Made by a program: the position numbers and the translations under genes | From: a virus | IMG/VR virus record: IMGVR_UViG_3300033997_000186 | Span: 1-38,876 of that record | DNA length: 38,876 nt | Reading direction: 5' to 3' (one strand) | Shown: positions 33,366 to 38,876 of the stretch, one piece after another | Layout of the letters: the number at the start of each line of letters is the position of its first letter | Position numbering within the stretch: position 1 is the first letter of the stretch | The notes under the pieces: generated by a model | Database searches by the model: none | What the model was told of the DNA's origin: nothing | What the model saw: the letters and a program-made list of their open reading frames with translations, nothing else

Positions 33366-33848
33366 TCAGGCCTGAGGGGCACGGACCAGCGCGACAGAGG
33401 TCGTGCATGGCTGCCCAGGCTTTTCGCAGGCGCAGTACGCCGCGGCCATGTCGCCGACGAACACCGCGTCCACGGGAATGTTGTCGTCGATATAGAACTG
33501 CAGGCCGGCCAGCAAGCCGTTGTTGGCCGCTTGAGCAATGTTCTGCTTGAGGCGATAGCCTTCAAACTCCCACAGCTTGTTACGCGCCACAGCCTTGACC
33601 TTGGCAATCGCGGCATTGCGACCCAGCGACTCGTTGAAGTTCTCAGCGCTGACAGCGCCTGCCTTGTCGAGCGCTACCACGAAACCGTGCTGGTCAATGG
33701 CCGCGGCGACAGTCGTGGTCGTGCCCGGAATCACGTAAGTGTGATAGTTGAGCTTCTCGACCAGGGCGTCGACCTGGTCAGGGGTGATCCGCGGCGCGGT
33801 CAGGCCGAGCGCAGTGATTTGCTGCTCGAGCGATTGGCTGTTGCTCAT
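33366..33848 (-). CDS. Gp49-like (N4 gp49 / Sf6 gp66 family) protein with a C-terminal extension
   Basis: ITPDQVDALV....YHV.PGTT.TV......GF.V........SAENF....G...A...A...LWEFEGY.L matches the remembered family pattern. Confidence 0.6.
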   Translation of the reverse strand: MSNSQSLEQQITALGLTAPRITPDQVDALVEKLNYHTYVIPGTTTTVAAAIDQHGFVVALDKAGAVSAENFNESLGRNAAIAKVKAVARNKLWEFEGYRLKQNIAQAANNGLLAGLQFYIDDNIPVDAVFVGDMAAAYCACEKPGQPCTTSVALVRAPQA

Positions 33849-33924
33849 TGAGCGATTCCTATCAAGTGGGGGTGATGCTGCCCTAGTTGTTATAACGGCC
33901 GAGTTTTATTTCTCCACCTGGTGC

Positions 33925-34428
33925 TCAAGGCGGCGCGCGCCCCTCCTGCTGGGCCTGGTACTGGCGCACCAGCTCCTGCAGCTGCGTCAGCTGCTCGGCG
34001 TTGGCGTTGCAGGCTGCGTAGTTGGCGGCAGTGGTGGCGCCGACGGCAGAGAGTGCAATGCCCGCGGGGGCGTCATCAGCAGCGCCGGAGGGCTCAGGGG
34101 CTGGCAGAGCGAGCGCGGCTGCGTCGTGCAGGCGGACAAAGCCAGCGTTAACAGTGCAAGCGGCATCAGCCTTGGCAGAAACATAAACGGGCACCTTCTG
34201 GATAATGGTTTTGCCGCGCTCGGTGATCACCTGGACGCGGTCGACGTACTCGGTGACGATCTTGTCGCGCACCGTTCCCAGCGCCTGGCCCTGCTCGAAG
34301 GCCTGGCGCAGCTGCTCGGCAGCGACTTGCTGCGCGTCCCGCGTTTCGTACCAGGAGCCGACCAGGCAGCCGGCGCAAAAGATCAGGCCGGCGCAAATGA
34401 GGCCGACCAGCCAGTTATTGAGCTTCAT
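33925..34428 (-). CDS. i-spanin (Rz-like)
   Basis: N-terminal TM segment, coiled-coil periplasmic domain, ATGA-coupled to the endolysin gene. Confidence 0.75.
   Translation of the reverse strand: MKLNNWLVGLICAGLIFCAGCLVGSWYETRDAQQVAAEQLRQAFEQGQALGTVRDKIVTEYVDRVQVITERGKTIIQKVPVYVSAKADAACTVNAGFVRLHDAAALALPAPEPSGAADDAPAGIALSAVGATTAANYAACNANAEQLTQLQELVRQYQAQQEGRAPP
33987..34166 (-). CDS. o-spanin (Rz1-like), embedded in the +1 frame of Rz
   Basis: Lipobox LALSAC followed by a proline-rich mature region. It lies entirely inside the Rz-like gene. Confidence 0.7.
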   Translation of the reverse strand: MPLALLTLALSACTTQPRSLCQPLSPPALLMTPPRALHSLPSAPPLPPTTQPATPTPSS

Positions 34429-34976
34429 TGGCCCACCATAAATAGAGAGCGCTGCACTTCGCGGCGCTTGGGGATGCCCTGGCACTTGTTGGCCGGGATT
34501 CGGCAGTCGAGGCCCGCCACGTAGACCCAGCGGCCGAACTGGTCAGCCGCCGCGCGCCACTGCTCAGCCTTGGCCAGCTTGTAAAGCGTGGACTTGAGCA
34601 AGGCCGTCGCGCCGAGGTTGTAGACGAAATCGGCCAGCGCGATCTTTTGCCAGATGGTCGCCATCGGGAAATGGCGCATGACGAAGTCCACCGCGCCGCC
34701 CAGGTCGCCCTGCAGGTACGCAGCGCACTGCTCAGGCGTGGCCACGTCGCCGCGGCGCACTCCCAGCGTATGCCCCGTGCAGATGGTCCAGACGCCGCCC
34801 GTGTCGGGGTACGCGGTGTAAACCGTGCCCTCCATTTCCGGCGTAAGGATCATCAGGCCGGCCATGATGGCCGCCCGCTCAACCGGCGCCGGCAGGCCCG
34901 TCTCGTTGACCGTGAAGCCCGCGGCTGCGAGCGAGAGCGTCACCGCGGCAATGATCCGGCTAATCAGACTTTTCAT
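34425..34976 (-). CDS. SAR endolysin (GH24 lysozyme, E-8aa-D-5aa-T triad)
   Basis: EGTVYTAYPDTGGVWT contains the catalytic triad spacing. The weakly hydrophobic Ala/Gly-rich N-terminus IIAAVTLSLAAAGF fits a signal-arrest-release domain. Confidence 0.85.
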   Translation of the reverse strand: MKSLISRIIAAVTLSLAAAGFTVNETGLPAPVERAAIMAGLMILTPEMEGTVYTAYPDTGGVWTICTGHTLGVRRGDVATPEQCAAYLQGDLGGAVDFVMRHFPMATIWQKIALADFVYNLGATALLKSTLYKLAKAEQWRAAADQFGRWVYVAGLDCRIPANKCQGIPKRREVQRSLFMVGQ

Positions 34977-35193
34977 TGGCCACCCCGCGACGTTTCCAGG
35001 CCAGGCGAATCAGCGGAATCAACCAGCGCCGCCCGACCAGGTCCAGGAACAAACAGGCCGCATACAGGCAGCCGAAAACGAGCGTCCACTCCTGCAGGGT
35101 CAACCCCCACAGCACCAGGGACGCGCCAAAGGGGGCCGCCTTGGCCGCCTCGATCTTGAGTGCGCCGGCAAGCGCGACATTGTCGGCATCCAT
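34960..35193 (-). CDS. Holin (two TM domains, pinholin-like)
   Basis: 77 aa from the ATG at 35193 (GGAGG 8 nt upstream). Two hydrophobic segments and a basic C-terminus. It precedes the SAR endolysin. Confidence 0.7.
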   Translation of the reverse strand: MDADNVALAGALKIEAAKAAPFGASLVLWGLTLQEWTLVFGCLYAACLFLDLVGRRWLIPLIRLAWKRRGVANEKSD

Positions 35194-35331
35194 GCGGGCG
35201 CCTCCATAACGGAAAAGCCCGCACGCGGCGGGACAGGAATAGGCCAAAGCCTGAGGGGGGGGGAATGAGTGGCCGCGGGATGCGGCCGGGGAGGGCTTAC
35301 TACCTGCCTCCAGGTGCGATCGCCAGAAACG

Positions 35332-35356
35332 AAAAAGCCCGCTCAGTGGCGGGCTT
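35332..35356 (-). terminator. Rho-independent terminator between the candidate late promoter and the lysis genes (tR'-like)
   Basis: AAGCCCGCC-ACTGA-GCGGGCTT stem-loop followed on the minus strand by TTTTTCGTTTCTG. Confidence 0.8.
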
Positions 35357-35380
35357 GGTCGTATGTATCGCAGAGTGGGT

Positions 35381-35410
35381 AAATTACCCGTTTTCGCGTC
35401 ACTTTTGCAA
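35381..35410 (-). promoter_or_regulatory. Candidate late promoter (-35 TTGCAA, 18-bp spacer, -10 TAATTT) overlapping a 13-bp perfect palindrome GGGTAAATTACCC (35377-35389)
   Basis: Read on the minus strand. It sits between array D and the terminator, in a lambdoid PR'-tR' style arrangement. Confidence 0.4.
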
Positions 35411-35422
35411 GGGCCTTTTTAA

Positions 35423-35471
35423 CTTTTTGCCTTTTGTACCCTTTGCCTTTTTGCCCTTTGTACCTTTGTAC
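35423..35471. repeat. Array D of six direct 7-9-bp TTTGTACC / TTTGCC units upstream of the candidate late promoter
   Basis: ctttttgcc ttttgtacc ctttgcc tttttgcc ctttgtacc tttgtac. Confidence 0.7.
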
Positions 35472-35827
35472 TATCCAGCAGCGCAGCGGCGGCCATATCG
35501 TTTAGCCCACAATTCCGCCTGGACCTGCAGATAGGCGCGCACCTCATTTGCCAGCGCGACCGGAATCCGGTCAGGGAAACTCAGCTCAACCCGCACCAGG
35601 TCGCAGCATTCTACTTCTGGCTCAGGCGTAGGCGCGGTCATTGTCGCGAGCGCAGGCACAACCTCGACCAGCTCGGCGTCAGGCGTCTTGATGATGTTCA
35701 CATACCCCGACGGCTCGCGGGTTATGAATTCGTCGCGGTCGTGGCCTAGGAACTTGACCACTTCGCCAATCTTGTCGGCGTACCAGTACGAGCTGTTACT
35801 GCAGCCCGTGATCAGCAGCATTTTCAT
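35471..35827 (-). CDS. Hypothetical protein (118 aa), last gene of the early operon
   Basis: ATG at 35827, 2 nt after the upstream stop. Confidence 0.55.
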   Translation of the reverse strand: MKMLLITGCSNSSYWYADKIGEVVKFLGHDRDEFITREPSGYVNIIKTPDAELVEVVPALATMTAPTPEPEVECCDLVRVELSFPDRIPVALANEVRAYLQVQAELWAKRYGRRCAAG

Positions 35828-35829
35828 TG

Positions 35830-36147
35830 TCACCTCACAGCCCGGGCCCAGCCGGCTCGAGCACCTTCGATTGTTGCGTAACCATGATCGACAAAGTCGC
35901 AGCCGGCGCACCGGGAGCCCCATTGCCCACCACTGGAAAAGAACCGGGCGACGCCGTTGGCCTTGCAGGCATGCGCGGGCATTTCAGCGTCGTTGACCAG
36001 GCTCCAGGAGGACAGAGCCCTGGCCTCTACCGGGTGCGCCTCGCCGCGGTTGTTGCACACCGGACAAATCCACATGACTCGACCGGAGTCGACCTGGTGG
36101 CGACGCTCAGGAGCGACGCCGCAGTGCAGGCAGGGCAGGGCCGACAT
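35830..36147 (-). CDS. Cys-rich protein with one complete and one partial Lar-like zinc-ribbon unit
   Basis: CLHCG...CPVCN...ALSSW, then C....RCAGC...ARAGW. Confidence 0.5.
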   Translation of the reverse strand: MSALPCLHCGVAPERRHQVDSGRVMWICPVCNNRGEAHPVEARALSSWSLVNDAEMPAHACKANGVARFFSSGGQWGSRCAGCDFVDHGYATIEGARAGWARAVR

Positions 36148-36149
36148 GA

Positions 36150-36554
36150 TCAGTAGCTCGAGTCGGAGCTGCTCGAGCTGCCGCTCGAGTCGCTGCTGCT
36201 GTAGCTGCCCGAGTCGAACCCGCTGCAGCCGCTCGAGGAGCTCGAGCGACTCCAGGAATCGTCAGAGACGCTCGGTGCGCACTGGGCCACCGGCTCAGGG
36301 TCGCGACGAGGCGCCTCGGCGTAGTAGATCGCCGGCTGATTCATCGGGTTGAGTGGGTGCAGAGGGTGCAGCGGGTCGTGCACGCTGCTGGCGCTCGAGC
36401 TCGAGGAGCTGCTCGAGGAGGCGCGGCCAGAAGGCAGCACAGCAGAACGACCAGGAACAGGCACGGCGACCGACAGGCGATCGCGCAACCCCTGGCGCGC
36501 CTGCTCAGCGACCGCCAAGCGGGTGGCGCGGCGACGCTTGAACCATCCGAACAT
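36150..36554 (-). CDS. Serine-rich low-complexity protein (134 aa)
   Basis: MFGWFKRRR..., an S9 run, HPLHPL, and a C-terminal SGSYSSSDSSGSSSSSDSSY. High GC3 and tight coupling to the flanking genes support a real gene. Confidence 0.55.
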   Translation of the reverse strand: MFGWFKRRRATRLAVAEQARQGLRDRLSVAVPVPGRSAVLPSGRASSSSSSSSSASSVHDPLHPLHPLNPMNQPAIYYAEAPRRDPEPVAQCAPSVSDDSWSRSSSSSGCSGFDSGSYSSSDSSGSSSSSDSSY

Positions 36555-36564
36555 AGAGCTACCC

Positions 36565-36717
36565 CTATTTCTTGCCAACCATCAGCACCGCCAGCAGCAA
36601 AGCGACGATCACCAGGTCAGCACACATCGAGAGGAGTCGACTTGCAGAATCGACCAGGACAACGGCGCCGGCCAGCCCGAAGGCCAGCCAGTTCCGAGCA
36701 GAGGAGAGCCAGGTCAA
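36565..36717 (-). CDS. Possible 50-aa membrane peptide (TTG start overlapping the TerB-like stop)
   Basis: Hand translation gives LTWLSSARNWLAFGLAGAVVLVDSASRLLSMCADLVIVALLLAVLMVGKK. Not in the ORF track. Confidence 0.3.
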   Translation of the reverse strand: MTWLSSARNWLAFGLAGAVVLVDSASRLLSMCADLVIVALLLAVLMVGKK

Positions 36718-37151
36718 GCCGTGACCCCGAAGTCTTTCAGGCGCAGGCCGAGCTCGTTGGCGATTTCTTCCAGGACTTTCAGTTCGTCCGGGCTGATACT
36801 GCCGTCACCCTCGGCAACGGTCAGCATGTTGACGAGCACCTCCTCGGCGTCGGCCGGGCTGTCCTTGATATCGCGAATCTCGCGCATGATGTTCATGCGG
36901 CCGAGACGGAAACCGGCCTGCAGCTGCTCGGTGAACAGGTTCACTTGCTTGGTGATTTCCGGGCCGAAGTGCTCCAGCGCCTTGTTGGCACGAATCTGGA
37001 TATCGATTTGCGCCGCTTCAGCCTTGCTGATTTCACCGTCAGCCGCGGCAACCAGGAGGCAGCCCCCGACGATCGCCTGCATCAGGTCGCGGTTTTCGAG
37101 TTTCTTGATGCTACGGCCAGCGCCAAACAGCTTTTTCTTGAGTCCTAACAT
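36714..37151 (-). CDS. TerB-family (tellurite-resistance TerB-like) protein
   Basis: 145 aa. AADGEISKAE and AEGDGSISPDELKVLEEIA resemble the two TerB DG-S-EE motifs. Confidence 0.6.
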   Translation of the reverse strand: MLGLKKKLFGAGRSIKKLENRDLMQAIVGGCLLVAAADGEISKAEAAQIDIQIRANKALEHFGPEITKQVNLFTEQLQAGFRLGRMNIMREIRDIKDSPADAEEVLVNMLTVAEGDGSISPDELKVLEEIANELGLRLKDFGVTA

Positions 37152-37162
37152 GGGGGCTTTCC

Positions 37163-38008
37163 TCAGGGTTTACGTTGGTTGAATTCTTTCCAGAGCGCCT
37201 CGAGCGCTTCGGTGTCGAGGCCGTCCAGGACGCTTTGCATCGCATCCCAGCGAGCACGCCAGTGCTCGCGAAAATTGCTGTCCTTGATGCCCAGCAGGCG
37301 AGCCAGGGCCGGGCCGTCGTAGCGCTGTAGGCCGGTGTTCTTGACGAATTTGTGTTCCTGCACCGCCAGGTGCGCGAGGCCCTTGGCACGCTGCAGAGAC
37401 TTGCCCTGCAGCTTGCCCAGCTGGGGCAGCACGCGATCCCACAGCACCACCACGCAGCCCGCTTCGTCGTCCCACTCGCGGGAATCGCCGTAGGCGTAGC
37501 GAATCCACCGGCTCAGCTCAGGCGCGAGCGTGCCGACGGTGCGCACCAGGTGCGCGTCCTCGAAGGCCGTCGAGCCGAGAGGAATGCTGCTTTTCTTCTT
37601 TGGCCGCGTCTCGCTGCAGGTCACTCGCGTGGTATCCCTGGCCAGGCTGGCCACGTAATCAAATGGAAGCCGTCCAGGGGCCTCGGCGCCCTCGAGCGGG
37701 CACTCGCCCAGCTCAGCGGCGCGGCCGCGAGGGAAGGCGTCGCGCAGCGGCTTGCGCTCCTCGACCGCCACCCACGTAGGCACCGGCTCGGGGCCTTCGG
37801 GCTCCCGGTAGCCGGTCGGCGCCAGGTAGGCGAACAGCAGGCGATCACGAAGCCAGACCAGGTCCTGCGCCGTTGCGCCAGTTGGCGCTTTGGCTTTCTT
37901 GGCCTGCAGCTGGCGCGGCGCCAGGTCAGGCAGAAGCACCCAGCACTCAGCACCAGGTGCTGCTCCAGGGTGGCGAATTTCGAGGGTGAAGGGCTGGCGG
38001 GCAGTCAT
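37163..38008 (-). CDS. Hypothetical protein; its C-terminal half is possibly a Q-type late-gene antiterminator/activator
   Basis: RWIRYAYGDS and ALARLLGIKDSNFREHWRARWDAMQSVLDGL weakly resemble the 82/QuuD-type Q pattern. Its position upstream of the promoter-terminator-lysis arrangement is consistent. Confidence 0.35.
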   Translation of the reverse strand: MTARQPFTLEIRHPGAAPGAECWVLLPDLAPRQLQAKKAKAPTGATAQDLVWLRDRLLFAYLAPTGYREPEGPEPVPTWVAVEERKPLRDAFPRGRAAELGECPLEGAEAPGRLPFDYVASLARDTTRVTCSETRPKKKSSIPLGSTAFEDAHLVRTVGTLAPELSRWIRYAYGDSREWDDEAGCVVVLWDRVLPQLGKLQGKSLQRAKGLAHLAVQEHKFVKNTGLQRYDGPALARLLGIKDSNFREHWRARWDAMQSVLDGLDTEALEALWKEFNQRKP

Positions 38009-38220
38009 GCGCAGCACCTCATGGCCTGCAGGCTGCTGATGCAGCTGGTGCACCTGGTCGCCCACGAACAGGCAGCCAGGCGCGGCGGGTCGATCCGCTC
38101 GCCACAGATGCGGCACGACAGCACGCTCGCGACTTCGCGCAGCGACTGATCGGTCTGGAACTCCTTTTCTATGGCGTCGTCGGCACGGAGCTCGAGCCCG
38201 CCAAGTACATCAGTGGACAC
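38005..38220 (-). CDS. TraR/DksA-family C4 zinc-finger protein
   Basis: CRICGERIDPPRLAA....TRCTSC. GTG start. Confidence 0.6.
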   Translation of the reverse strand: MSTDVLGGLELRADDAIEKEFQTDQSLREVASVLSCRICGERIDPPRLAACSWATRCTSCISSLQAMRCCA

Positions 38221-38455
38221 GCGCTGGCTCCCGCTGACTCAGGGCGCTGGCTACGGCGTAGCTCGCGTTCCGCTGGCTGAAACCGTCCACGAAGCCCTTG
38301 CAGGCATCAGGCTCGGCGAAATAGTAGTTGTGCACCTGGTGGCCGGTCGCCGCTTTCACCACGACGCAGGCCTCGGACAGGCCGCCACGGGCAGGCAGCT
38401 CGACCACCAGGGCGCCCTGGCCACCTGCTACGCGAAAGTATCGGATGGCTTTCAT
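38210..38455 (-). CDS. Hypothetical early protein (81 aa)
   Basis: ATGA-coupled to the upstream gene. Confidence 0.5.
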   Translation of the reverse strand: MKAIRYFRVAGGQGALVVELPARGGLSEACVVVKAATGHQVHNYYFAEPDACKGFVDGFSQRNASYAVASALSQREPARVH

Positions 38456-38876
38456 TCGGCCACCTCGGAGCGTGACGGAGGCGTTACCAGCAGCGCGAAA
38501 GCGTCAGCGTCACGCTTGGCCAGGTCGGCGCCGGCAATTGCCAGCGCAGCCAGTACCGGCGCGAAGAACTGGGCGAACGCCTCAGGGTCTTTCTTGGCCA
38601 GCTCGGCCGAGCCGTGGGCGAGCAGCGTCAACGCCTCGGCGTGCTCCTCGAACCCGCCAGCCTTGCAGACGTCAGCAAACGCCTGCGCGGTGCCACCGTA
38701 GAAGGTCATGGCCGGCAGCTTGAGCTGGTTGGCCTGCAGCGCGGCCTTTTTCTGGTTGAGGCGGTAGCGCTTCGACCGCTCGGCCGACAGGCGCTTGGCG
38801 CGGTCTTCTTTCGACTCGCCTGGCACCGCGTAGAAATGGTCGCGCAGGGCCTCTTTCGATTTCGGGATAGGGTCGC
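38452..38876 (-). CDS. 3' part of the junction-spanning early ORF (5' end at window position 167 after collapsing the overlap)
   Basis: The frame is open from 38452 to the window end. See feature 1..167. Confidence 0.6.
   Translation of the reverse strand, partial: DPIPKSKEALRDHFYAVPGESKEDRAKRLSAERSKRYRLNQKKAALQANQLKLPAMTFYGGTAQAFADVCKAGGFEEHAEALTLLAHGSAELAKKDPEAFAQFFAPVLAALAIAGADLAKRDADAFALLVTPPSRSEVAE
38750..38876. repeat. Second copy of the 127-bp terminal overlap
   Basis: Identical to 1-127. Confidence 0.95.

Noticed and set aside
36150-36578. The serine-rich ORF considered as a non-coding GCTCGAG-rich repeat.
   Set aside because: The frame has high GC3, a plausible SD, and tight spacing to both neighbours (a stop-to-start gap of 2 nt downstream). 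I keep it as a probable gene, at moderate confidence only.
1-38876. Search for an integrase, transposase, reverse transcriptase, methyltransferase, or rRNA/tRNA genes.
   Set aside because: None of the ORFs shows the corresponding motifs (no R..H..R..Y integrase box, DDE, YxDD, or SAM-binding motifs noticed). Absence is based on reading by eye only and should be confirmed by HMM searches.

Overview
The window is one complete, circularly closed map of a roughly 38.7-kb temperate phage. Bases 1-127 are identical to 38750-38876, so the unique length is 38,749 bp. GC content is about 63% by eye. I read it as a hairpin-telomere linear plasmid-prophage ('telomere phage', the N15 / PhiHAP-1 / VP882 lifestyle).

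Evidence for that lifestyle:
- A clear protelomerase gene (6011..7645, minus strand) sits next to a 74-bp perfect palindrome (7818-7891).
- A ParA / small RHH ParG-like partition pair follows.
- There is a 1282-aa RepA-type primase-helicase and a lambda-CI-like repressor.
- I saw no integrase.

Genome layout:
- The plus-strand block (912-11058) carries immunity, replication, partition and a small accessory (moron) operon.
- The minus-strand block runs from 763 across the circular junction down to 11112. In order it carries the early genes and a Q-like regulator, a late promoter with its terminator, a SAR-endolysin lysis cassette, the cos/terminase region, lambda-like head genes and P2-like contractile-tail genes.

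Most interesting observations:
1. The CI repressor has lost the S24 nucleophile serine. A near-consensus LexA box sits in front of a small ORF wedged between repA and telN, which suggests an SOS-controlled antirepressor module.
2. Arrays of an 8-bp unit (TTTGTACC / AAAGGTAC) occur at four dispersed loci: the repA start, the parA promoter, just upstream of terS, and the late promoter. This fits a dispersed centromere/regulon for the RHH partition protein.
3. About 11 copies of a 16-mer family are arranged symmetrically around the tel palindrome. One copy abuts the telN start codon.
4. There are several accessory genes of unknown role. These are a secreted protein with 51-bp tandem calcium-binding-type repeats, a terminator-flanked membrane moron inside the tail module, and a cluster of TerB-like, tiny membrane-peptide, serine-rich and tandem Lar-like genes.

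All functional calls come from reading motifs and remembered family sequences by eye. No searches were run.
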